Shown here: positions 47,646 through 58,990 of the stretch, piece after piece | How the letters are laid out: each line of letters opens with the position of its first letter | Position numbering within the stretch: the first letter of the stretch is position 1 | Origin: Macrostomum lignano | Taxonomy: Eukaryota | Length of the DNA: 64,000 nucleotides | Assembly (NCBI GenBank): GCA_002269645.1 | Contig: NIVC01000774.1 | Span: forward strand, 63,387 to 127,386 | Reading direction: 5' to 3' | Notes under the pieces: generated by a model | Database searches by the model: none | The model's input: the letters and a program-made list of their open reading frames with translations, nothing else | What the model was told of the DNA's origin: nothing | Translations under genes and position numbers: made by a program

Positions 47646-50600
47646 GTAGGAACAGTGAGAACACTCGCCGTGACATCCTGATCACAAACCGGTTGATCAG
47701 CTCTTCAGGCAGCTGCTGCCAGAAGGCATTCAGGACCGCCAGTTGCAACTGTTTAGCAACTGAATGCTATCTGAATAAAAGCATTCAATTGTCTGAGAGT
47801 TGGATGTGAAAGCTTATGGGGGGAATTGCTGAGATGTCAAGGCTTATGAGGGGAATTGCAGAGACGGCAAAGCTTACGGAGGGAATTGCTGGATGTCAAT
47901 GCTGAGAGATCAAAACCTACAAGTATTTTACTTAAAAAAATAATTTCATTTTTTGTTGGCTAACCAAACGGGGGCGGCTCTGATTGCTAGTTTGAAAACT
48001 AAAAATTCATGTATTTTTGCGGTAAACAATGGCCTCAAGCATCGATCTCCAAATAGATCGCGCATTCCTAATCATCCCTGACAGACCATCCGGACTTTTA
48101 ACACGCTGAATGATGCCCGAGTGCAAAGTTTTTTTTTCTTCAGTTTTTTTACGCGAAGCGACTTAGATCGTTGGCACGCGAAATGAAAAGATACAAAATA
48201 TAAATAAATGAATGTTGAGTATCGAGATCCCTGATTGAGTCAGCTTTTTATATCGGGTAGGATAATGGCACAAATGGCACGATGTATCAAAATAAAGCAA
48301 AATAAAGCCAAATTTTAAAGCAGCATATTTTCAAACAGACAGGTGACTGAAAGGGTGGCGATTGCTGACGCAACCTATGGCAAACAAAGTAGACCCCTTA
48401 AATTACTAGGCTAAATGTAAGGGTAAACAAGACTAAAAACGCCAAATGATGACGCATACTATAGACGACACACGTATATATAGTAGCCAAAGAGGAAACA
48501 GTCATATATAATCAGCAATATTATCAAAGTGAGAAATCCGATATAGCCATACGAATACGATGCACACAGTTGGAGAGAAGTTCCACTGACTAAAATTTCA
48601 ACAAAAAATTCCAAACAAGAAGCAAGTCGACGCTGTGACGCAATCGTGAGCACACACGCAGGGGGCGCCGGTGGCTAGATTAGATAAAGTAAAATAAAAT
48701 GGCTTAGCAATGCGGGGCGCAGAGAAATCCAACTATAATATAACGAGGCTCTTGGGCTTGGCAATCAGAGGGCACGCATGCTACTCGCACCAGCCTACCA
48801 GCAGCTCAAATACAGGAAAGCTCCAGACTCCCTATCTGCATATGCAGGCTAGACTGAGCAAAGTGGGTCAAAGAAGGACAGCGCTGACTCGATGGGAAAG
48901 AGCGGACTTGGGAAAGAAAGACCGGGCCTGAGAGCGGCAAGCTGGCGGCGGGCGAGATGGGAATATATGGCCGCCCCGAGTCAGCGCTCCCAAGGCGCTT
49001 GGTAACAGGGGAATTGGGTGGCGGGGGAGGGGGAATGAGTCACGCATGCGGCGCAGGAGAAGCAACGGAGTCCAAATTCGGGTTGGCGTTGCCAGTTGCA
49101 TCTTATGCTCTTTCAATAACTAATTTACCGATTCAAAGAAGCAGCAGCGCTCGACACGGATGCGTCAGATAGTAGCACTACAGATTCGGAACATATATAT
49201 GAGCTAATATACGTGTTGCTTAGATTATTCAACCCATGCTTCGACGATTGTTCATGTTCAAAACCGTGTATGGATAAGAGCATTAAATTCAGACTTTGTC
49301 AGAGCCATTAGACAATATTTTGTGTATTTTGTGACGCAGAACAAGTCTGCAACTGCAACTGTGACTAAACTGTCAGACCACATGTGGTGCTCAATTAGAT
49401 GTTCGCAGCGTTACAGGAAACGCACTGTGTGAGCAAACCGGACTGCACTCTTAGCAACCGTGATGACATCCACGCCTGACTCCATGGAACAATTCTGTAG
49501 ATTGATTTCGTCTGGTGGACTCTACAACTCCATGAGTTGCTTGAATTATGACTGCTCTGTGTCTTAAATTCAATGCTCTGCCTCTGCCCGTGGCACAGAC
49601 CATAGACGGTGTTTTGACCATAGACGAAAGTAGACACATCAGTTGAATATGATTGCCAGTGCCTTAAAATCAATGCTCAATTTTTAATGAAAAGGTTCTA
49701 TATAAAGGGTGTACTGAAAAAAAGGTCGAATTTTAATCTAAAACTTTGCACAACTGTCTGCTACTATTTCTTAGTAACTGCGTATACTGATAGTCAACAT
49801 TCATAAGTTTTCTTTCTTGCAGTTCTTCTTTTGATTGGTGTTTCCATTCATGAGCAACAGAATTCAGAACTGGCTGAAATCGCCATTGTAAGAATGGGCA
49901 AATGCCACAGGCTTATTTCCTATTTCGATTAATTTAACAAGTTGTAACAAGTTCTCTCCTTACAATCGTATTATCAATACGGGATAGCCATACGGTCGTC
50001 GGCACCCGCCGCAACGCTGCTCTTGTTTTAAGACCTTTGTTGCTGTCATGTAAGACATAATAACATAGTAGGAATCATGGCTCAGCGGTAAACGCGCCAA
50101 AATCTCGCGCCACAAACCCTAGTTTGTTTCCGTGCGCTATATTATATATTATATATTATATATATATATTATATATTATATATTGCGCTATATTATAATG
50201 ACAAACCAAACCCCTCATGCAATGATGATTATTATCGTACTATTGTACGCCTTGCCATGTACAACCTTGAACCTTACAACCTATTGTACAACCTTGAACA
50301 TTATTGTACTAACCATCATTGAATTATATTTCAAGAATCCTATGAATGACTTAATCTCTTTATCTGAAGTACTTTACAAGTTGGCGCATTTGTTGCATAG
50401 AGCTGTCGGACAATAAAAAGGGCAGAAGCAGGAATTAGTGACACAGATAATACCTTCACACCCTGCTAGTTAAGAAACAGCATCCATGCTTTTGTCCTTC
50501 TTGGAGACTTAATGCAAGAACAGCGTTGAAAAGTTTAGGAACTGTATGTAAAAGCTGTCAGCCAGCTGACAGTAGGTCTAGCAGGCAAGAATTAGGCAGC

Positions 50601-52753
50601 ATTCTGGACGGCTGCAACAGACGTACGCAAGCGCAGATACATAGGAAAGCAGCTGATAGGCAATACCGAAAGATCGCGATGCAAGCGGAGGAACACTGTT
50701 GGAAGAGAGGGCCATCTCGCTAAAGAACAAAAACGCATGCAGGCCCTGCAGCGTGTCTAGGATCCGTGTGTATCAGCCTTTACCAGCCCCAATGTTTGCG
50801 TTCGCAAAACTAAACCGTAGAAATTGTACAAACCTAACGGTTGGAATTGCAACAGATGAATGCGCACTATGGACACAGAGTGGGCCAGCCAGCTATGAAC
50901 TGACAGACTAAGAAAATCATGATGCTTCTAAAGGCCATGCTTGTGTTTCAGTCGCAGTTCGACAAGGTTTGAATTCGCTAAAAAGTGCATTGTGCTCGTA
51001 TTATTTTTGTCCGCAATATTCAAACAGCTATGGGATGTCACAAGTGGACCAAAAAATGATTGGCTCGCCATGGCTAGAGCTAATGACTACAGCAGGAGTA
51101 AACTCGCCGCTATCTGACCTATGCATTTTTTATCCATTGCCTTCCCGTGCTGTGCCTCAGCTCTGCCTACTGGCTTAGACAATGATGCATGGATACCACA
51201 CCCTCAGTGCAGGGATGATTCCCCTCGCCCCAACCGCCTTCTCTCCTTGAAGAGCCGTTGCAACCCTTCAACCTGCAATTAGTGGGGTAACATGGGGCTG
51301 GGAAATGGGCGAAAGCCAGGAGCAAGTTTCTGCGCGGGATCAGGCGCCCCTAGATGCATATACCGAACGCAACTAAGGTTCAAGTTCTTCCCAAGCAAGT
51401 ATCAGGCCTCCCAGTCCAAGCCAAAATCATGCCAGATCATCTTGTCAGTTGCTTTGGCACAATAATTCTTACATGCTGTTTCTAGCTAGCCTTGTAATCT
51501 GTCTCCCATCTCCCACTGCCTATGCCAGCACAATATCTTCAGGTGCGGCAAGAGCCAGGTCGAGCCAGGAAAAATGCACCAAAAGAAAGCAAAAAGGGCA
51601 ACAGAGAAGTTTCGGAGGCTGATGAGGGGAGAGAAAGGAATGAAAAAAAAACCGCAATAAAGCTGATGAGGCGAATAGGGCAGCTGGACGTGCGCAAAGT
51701 GCGGCATCAACAACAGTGTTAAAAAGGTACTTTCGTCATGCTGCAGGGCCGCCCCCTGCCTGCTGCAAGGAATCTCTCTCGCTGGGCCTCTTTCTAGGCC
51801 TATCCTGCTACAGAAACCAAAGGCCAGAATGTTAGCCGTCAGGTGAAGCACCAGGCGCTAAGAGAGGAGCGAACGCACCTGCAAGCAATCAATGCAACTC
51901 GGGAGCAGCTGCAGGAGTTTAGCCTTAGAGTGAGAAGAGTGACAATTGCCCCAGTCCCGATGATGAGTGGCACTGGGGATATTGTTTGGGTCGCGTTGAT
52001 AATAATCCCATGACAAGAAGGGGACACCACCAGGCCAGTTGAAGCTCTGCAGATTCGCACAGCACATCAGGGCGACTATCCATCCGCCCTCGCATGCGAT
52101 GCCTATGAAGCGATTAGCCTTGAAGTAGCATTAGCTGCTTACAGTATGTCCATGGCCTACTGAATTATACACCGCATGCGTCTGCAAGTCCCGGCTTCTC
52201 AGTGCTAAATACAAAATCGATATTTTTGTTGGTGAACTATGGCAAGGGAATTATTGAGCAGCTGCAGATTCTTAAGAAACTGAAAAACAGGAAATGCGAC
52301 AGGATTTTAACAGTGTCATTTCCATTCGTTTTAAGTGGCAACTTTACTCTTCAATAACTATTTTTCCTTTAAACTACTACTAGTATGAGTAGAGACAGAG
52401 GCACTATTGCAGCAAATTCTGTTTCAATACATGTATTATAACGCACTTAAGAAAGAGTGGAACCAGGGTGCACAAATGTGGCATTGCCGCCACCGGAAGC
52501 GATAATTTAATTAAGAAATTTTGAAGGTGAAATGCAATCTGTCACAATATAATGATAGATAATCTACTGAAAAGTAGTAATAAAATAGTTTTAAGTGAAT
52601 TTCTTATTCGTGTCTGCAGAAATATTGCATACTAATAGCTTAAGAGGCAAGAGGTTAATACCAGTTGAGAGCAGTATTAACTGGGAACTTTTAGCCACGC
52701 GTGCAGGAGCTCACAGCTCTATTTTTCTACAAACGATACCAGGAATTGCTTAC

Positions 52754-53148
52754 CCTTCTTGCAGCGAGCGCATAGCCGAATTCCTATCGAATCCCTGCCA
52801 GCCAGTCTGCTCCTCTGCAGCCGCTCCGTCGTCATAGTAATCCAATTGGCTGTCGAACGGAGCCGCACAGAGCGCCGCACCGGCCGACGCGGGCTGCTCA
52901 AAGATGTCGTCTTCCCAGATGTAGCCGTCGTCGTCATCGCGTCGACGATCCTGACACTCGCTGGCGTCGCCGGGGAAGCCGACAACGCCGATCCCAGTTC
53001 GCTGGCGCAGCTCGTCGAATACCAGCGGCGACATTCGACGCCAGGGCAGGCAGGCGAATTCGTCTTCATCATCGTCGTCATGGAAACCGCCGATGCTTCC
53101 TCCTCCGGTTGCCATTCCAGATTGAGAGTCACTATAGGCCCCTGGCAA
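52754..53148 (-). CDS. Putative coding exon of an unidentified gene with an acidic N-terminus (MATGGGSIGGFHDDDDEDEFACLPWRR...GYIWEDDIFEQ...)
   Basis: GC-rich open frame bounded by acceptor CTGCAG (AG 53150-53149) and donor GG|GTAAGC (GT 53-52 at 52753-52752); ATG at 53115. No downstream partner exon identified, no recognisable domain. Confidence 0.5.
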
Positions 53149-53269
53149 CTGCAGCTACTCAAATTGGCGCTCTTGCCCGGCTGACAGGAGCTGAATTGGA
53201 TTGCCGCACCAGCCTGATGCCTGGCTGAAGAGTGGCAATGCACCATATATTTGTAAAATGTACCTTTGT

Positions 53270-54002
53270 GACCTGGGTGCCACTGTGCACTATCCCACGG
53301 CAGGCACTTTAGTGCATGGGCTGGGTGCCACTATCCCACAGCAGGCACTTTGGTGCATGGGCTGGGTGCCACTATCCCACAGCAGGAACTTTGGTGCATG
53401 GGCTGGGTGCCACTATCCCACAGCAGGCACTTTGGTGCACGGGCTGGGTGCCACTATCCCACAGCAGGCACTTTGGTGCACGGGCTGGGTGCCACTATCC
53501 CACAGCAGGCACTTTAGTGCATGGGCTGGGTGCCACTATCCCACAGCAGGCGCTTTGGTGAGCTGGGTGCCACTATCCCACTATACCACAGCAGGCACTT
53601 TGGTGCACGGGCTGGGTGCCACTATCCCACTATCCCTCAGCAGGCACTTTGGTGCATGGGCTGGGTGCCACTATCCCACAGCAGGCACTTTGGTGCACGG
53701 GCTGGGTGCCACTATCCCACAGCAGGCACTTTGGTGCATGGGCTGGGTGCCACTATCCCACAGCAGGCGCTTTGGTAAGCTGGGTGCCACTATCCCACGG
53801 CAGGCACTTTGGTGCATGGGCTGGGTGCCACTATTCCACAGCAGGCACTTTAGTGCATGGGCTGGGTGCCACTATCCCACAGCAGGCGCTTTGGTGCACG
53901 GGCTGGGTGCCACTATCCCTCAGCAGGCACTTTGGTACATGGGCTGGGTGCCACTATCCCACAGCAGTCACTTTGGTGCATGGGCTGGGTGCCACTATCC
54001 CA
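53270..54002. repeat. 41-bp minisatellite GGGCTGGGTGCCACTATCCCACAGCAGGCACTTTGGTGCAT (~18 copies)
   Basis: Read directly; period 41 (53318, 53359). Confidence 0.95.
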
Positions 54003-54652
54003 TAAGCTACAATACAATGCTAGCAAACGAAGTAACCAAGGCAGCAGTATGAAGCGTGTTTCAAAGAAAATGACACTTTATTGAATGAAACAGAATAAGT
54101 AGAAAATAGTTGATCGAGAGAAACTTATTCACAAGCAGCCTAAAACCATAAGATGAAAAGCAGCGCCTAAAATTGCTTTGCCGATAACACAAGAAATACA
54201 TATAGTTGAAGATGCACTGAAAACTTCTGTTCTGATTCTTGTACGCATAATCATATGGCTAAATAAAAGGTCAATTGAATTGAAGCAAGCATGCACCGAA
54301 CATACTACTTAAGGCACCTAACACCGGAGATATTAAAGAGAAAGCGAAGGTTATAAAGTAACTAATTAAATAAACAATATTTTAATATACGAATTAATCA
54401 AATGAGACGATATACTATAGAGCATTAACTAATACTTATATTTGACTATAACATAGAGAAAGATTATTTACAATAGGATACAGATTAAACAGAAGGCCTA
54501 GATGATTAGAGGCCAATAATATTGAGACTAGATCTATCCTATCTACCATGCATTTTTAACACTAATAGGCTATACTAGATGGTAAGAAATATACTTATAG
54601 AATTTTGTCTGCCTAATAACTAAAATGAATAAACCCAATATTGTCTCTGCGT

Positions 54653-55749
54653 CTATTTGTCTCCGCCTTGACGAAGCTCCACCCGCTCGGGCGTGGTGGC
54701 CGACTCCAAGCGGCGGAAATCCTCGCGGCCAGAATGTAGACAATTAAAATTGCGTAGGCGCTGAGCACCAGGCCAAGGCAATTCGACAGCTTGGCAGCGT
54801 CAGGCAGCTTGGCATAGTTGCCAGCGAAGAAATTCTTCTCTGTTAGGCCTAGCAGGCAGCTGGCCACGGAGCCAACAAATATGCCGGCGCCCCAGAACCT
54901 GCGGGGTTATTGGGCGTGGGGAAATGACAAGTTAGCGTTGCTTGAGTGGCACTGGGAGATGGGCATTGGTGGAGTGGCACTGGTAGATAAGCATTGGTGG
55001 AGTGGCACTGGGAGATGGGCATTGGTGGAGTGGCACTGGTAGATAAGCATTGGTGGAGTGGCACTGGTAGATAAGCATTGGTGGAGTGGTACTGGTAGAT
55101 AAGCATTGGTGGAGTGGTACTGGTAGATAAGCATTGGTGGAGTGGTACTGGTAGATAAGCATTGGAGTGGCACTGGTAAATAAGCACAGGTGGAGTGGCA
55201 CTGGTAGATAAGCATTGGTAGATGGTCAAGGAGTAGCACTAGACATAAGTAATAAATGGCATGAACATACCGATGCATACTGAGATAAGAGGCCCGCAGA
55301 GAATCCGACAATGTCGGGAATACGAACGCGACAAAAGCGATGACCCATTGCATGCAGAACAGGATGACAACCGCTAGGCCGATCCAAGAGTGCAGACTGT
55401 ACATATTGGGTATATTGTGGGTAGGCAGGTTGTGAAACTTAAACACAGCAACTAGGCCTACTATGCTGAACACGAGTGCCAGGATATGCAGAATTCCGTG
55501 CACACTCTTCAATAAAGGCTTGCGACTGTTGCGAAAGACGCGATAAACCAATGCGGAATTGGCGTACAAAAACACCATACCGATGACCATGAACAGCGGA
55601 TGGTAGTTGAACACTTTTTCATTGTTCCAGTCGAATCCGCCAAGGTACTTAGTTAGCCATACTGTTGTCATGACAACCGCGCTAGCGCCGGTGGTCAGAG
55701 CTACTAGGACCCACACAGTGAAGGACTTTAAAGAATTGTCACCAGCCAT
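54653..55749 (-). CDS. CYB561: Cytochrome b561 family transmembrane ascorbate-dependent reductase; exons 55749-55271 and 54898-54653
   Basis: FNYHPLFMVIG, ALVYR, KSVHGILH, HNLPTHNIPNMYSLHSWIG, SYLSMHR|FWG...LLGLTEK: four conserved His heme ligands. Phase-2 GT-AG intron 55270-54899. The C-terminus AREDFRRLE...GDK* needs one extra C at 54727-54728; otherwise the frame ends at 54613. Paralog assignment is not possible by eye. Confidence 0.9.
54940..55222. repeat. 28-bp minisatellite CATTGGTGGAGTGGCACTGGTAGATAAG in the cytochrome b561 intron
   Basis: Read directly; period 28. Confidence 0.93.
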
Positions 55750-55882
55750 TGATTTGATGCGCGTTCTAATTGGCTGAAATGCAACATGATACAATAATCA
55801 ACATTTAAACATTAGCAGTAATACACATGGTGCAGCTCACAGGAATTTCTATTGGTGCAGATATTAACTTTACTAATGTCGA

Positions 55883-56205
55883 GGGGCCGTAGCCCAGTGA
55901 TCTATCGCGGCGCTCTTATATGCCAGCGGCCCAGGCTCGATTCCAAGTGCAGCCACATTAATTTGGGGCTAACCTGGAACTTTGAGGGCCAACCCCAAGG
56001 CACAGTGAAGTGTACATGCCTAACGATAAATAAAGTTAAGGGCCGCTGTACACTCCTGTGTGAGTGTGTGCCTGTGTGTATATGACTGCCTACGTATCCG
56101 CGCGCTTGTGTGCCTGCTCAGGGGCGTCGATGGAAGAATGGGCAGTAATGCCTCTCGCCGGTTGACAGTCGCTAAAAGTGCGCCAGGGTGCACACAGCCC
56201 GTCCT
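55883..56205 (+). mobile_element. tRNA-derived SINE family 2, copy C (retains head)
   Basis: Head GGGGCCGTAGCCCAGTGA (A-box-like) ... GGCTCGATTCC (B-box-like); shared body; AT-rich tail. Confidence 0.8.
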
Positions 56206-56802
56206 ATAATAATATTAATTAACAGCTGCTGTCAGTCACCTTGTTACGAGTGACACGTTTTGCTAGATCATTTTTCACATGCACTGATGCAATTATCCAG
56301 AAGCACATGATTTTTGGTAGTTATACCGCAGACAGGCCGGGCTACTTGACCTTAGCTAGACGCTGGAAAGCCAAACAAGTACACAACAGAAACAGCAGGC
56401 AGCTACCTTATCTAGCTAACCTTCGCCTGCACTGAACTTATTCCATTGGCTTGTCTCCCAAAGCATTCCCAAGAAAGAATCTGTTTATGCAGCTAGCGGC
56501 ATTAAGACAAAGTCTGGTGGCCTTAAGAAATCCTAGACCAGCTGCGCAGATCCGTGTCCCTGCAGTCAACTGTGCAGCGCAATACACACAGCGGACAGAG
56601 CCAGCAACTCCGGGCAGCAATTTTCACGCAAAGAAAAAAAAGCTAAAAAAATCTGTTTGGTCTCTCCTCTCTTTTTAGTAGCATTTTCCATTTTTATTGG
56701 CATCGCTAAATGCAATGTGAGGTTGTGAATCAGCTACAATGAACATGCCGCGTTCCGTTACTAGAATGGTACAGATTTATTATTTTATAAAAAATCTAAA
56801 TC

Positions 56803-57108
56803 TATAGGCAGGGGCTGTGGACACGCTGGCGCACTTTAAGCGACATTGTCACACAACCGACGAGAGGCATTACTGCCCATTATTCCGCCGACTTCCCTGA
56901 GCAGGCACACAAGCGCGCGGATACGTACGTACGCAGTCATACGCACAGGCACACACTCACACAGGAGTGTACAGCGGCCCTTAACTTTATTTATCGTTAG
57001 GCATGTACACTTCACTGTGCCTTGGGGGTTGGCCCTCAAGGGCATTAATTGCACGAGCAGAGCCAAGCCGAGATTCCAATTCAGCCCCAAACTGGACCAC
57101 TGGCACAT
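56803..57108 (-). mobile_element. SINE family 2, copy D (inverted relative to copy C)
   Basis: Reverse complement aligns with copies A and C over ~300 bp. Confidence 0.8.
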
Positions 57109-58828
57109 GAGAGCACCGCGCTAGACCACTAGGCCATGAAAGAGTAAAAATAAGATTTAAGGGCCTAGATACAAACCTGATGCCCCTACCAGACATGTAA
57201 AATAGGCTCTAGTATAACAAAGCATATAGTATACAATTTAACATTTCATGCAAGCATCACCTGTGACCTGCAACTTTTCAACTGCGAGTGGACATTTAGC
57301 TGGACTGATTTCATTTTGATTTATTGATTTGATTGAATGACTGAAAATTGACTTATTAAGTCTATGCATGCCTAAATTATTAAGACTTAAAGTACAAGAA
57401 ATATACCATTAATCAAATCACAATAATGGCTTTCCTAGAAAGTCTTTCAAAATCTTTTATGGTTAGTAAACAGTCTATAACAGAGTCCTATAATGAAATA
57501 ATTCATATCTTTCTCTTTGATATTCTCTTTGATTCATTTCTCTTTCTCTTTCTTTCTCTTTTTAACAATAGTTGGTTATATATTCTAAGTTAATAAAATA
57601 GAGACTGTTACTCTTATTTGCTATTATCTGAACATAGATCTTTGAAATACTATGATAAGCAAAGTATATGTGTATGTGTATGTGTATGTGTATTCTGACC
57701 CTGGCTAACTAGCAAAATATATATAAAATAGCTATTAATATAGCTCATTCAACTGCACTTAGGCTCTGCCTACACACAACCTGTGCACACTGAGTAGCCT
57801 ACCATTGTTATGTATTTGACTGCAGTGGCAAAGCAATATGGCTGATTTTCTTGCCCTATTATCAATAGGTGGAATTGTCTATACTATAGGCATTAGCACT
57901 AGTTTTAGACTATGTGTAAGGTCCCAAGTTTGAGTCTACCTGCCAAGGGACAATTAAAATTGAATTTATTCATTCATTTGTAGCTTGTACATTGAATAAT
58001 TTGGACATTTTTTATTTTAGCAAGGCATACTTAAAATGTTATTTTTGCTATTTGGCATAAGTCTACTAAGCAATTTTTTTTGTAAAAAATTGCCTTAAGT
58101 ATTACTGATCCCATCAATAGGTATTGCCTAGCTCTATGAAAGTATGAAATTACTAAACTACAAACAATGCTGCTAAATTATATTTACTGATACTGAGTAT
58201 ATTGCTAAATTTTAAGTTGTACAGTGTCAAAAATTGATTAGTGAGCTGTATTAAATGCTAAAAAAATTTGATTATTGAAAGGATCATTTCAGTTTGCTAA
58301 AGAGACTAAAGTGCTAGCCAAGAGGAGAACTACATACTGCTGAAAGGATAAATAAGAATTGTTAAAGGAATAGTTGTAATATACAAATAGAATGACTACA
58401 GGCTACTGAGGAGAATCAAAGATTGTTAAAGGGATCATTGCAGACTGCAAAGGGGACAAATGACAAACTACTAAGGTAATTCCTCTGGACTTATAAGTGT
58501 ATAGCTGCAAATTGCTAAGGGGGATAACTGCAGACTGCTTGGAGGATGATGGCAGACTTCTGAAAAGGATAACTAACTATTAAGTTTTGAGTGGGTAAAA
58601 ACTGTGGAAGATTAAGTAGAGGTTGTTAAGGGGATTACTGCTTACTGTTACTGCCTAGTGAATTATTGTGGTTTGCTAAAGGGGGGAGTTTTAGGCTGCT
58701 AAAAGGATAAATGCTTAATAAACATTAAAAGTTTTAAAAAGTTGTAGACTATAGGCTGCTAAGAGTATGACTGTAGTCTGTTTTGTAGGATTAGAAGGAA
58801 TAATTTCAGGTTGTTGTAGGATATCTTA

Positions 58829-58990
58829 AGAATTGCTGAGATGTCAAGATTTACTAGGGGAATTCCTTAGATGTCAAGGTTTAGTGGAGTTGCTGAGTTG
58901 TCAAGACTAATTGGAGGAATTACTGAGTTGTCAAGGCTAACTGGGAGAATTATTGAGATGTCAAGGCTTACTGGGGAAATTGCTAAGATT
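58829..58990. repeat. Degenerate ~30-bp tandem repeat GAATTGCTGAGATGTCAAGGCTTA..., related to 47808-47900
   Basis: Shared core aattgctgagatgtcaaggctta at both loci. Confidence 0.6.

Noticed and set aside
50500-52130. Possible plus-strand coiled-coil exons or a decayed retroelement ORF
   Set aside because: Frames are short and stop-interrupted, with no RT/endonuclease motif and no consistent splice chain.
53201-54084. 283-aa Cys/His/Trp-rich ORF
   Set aside because: Translation of the 41-bp minisatellite cycling through frames.
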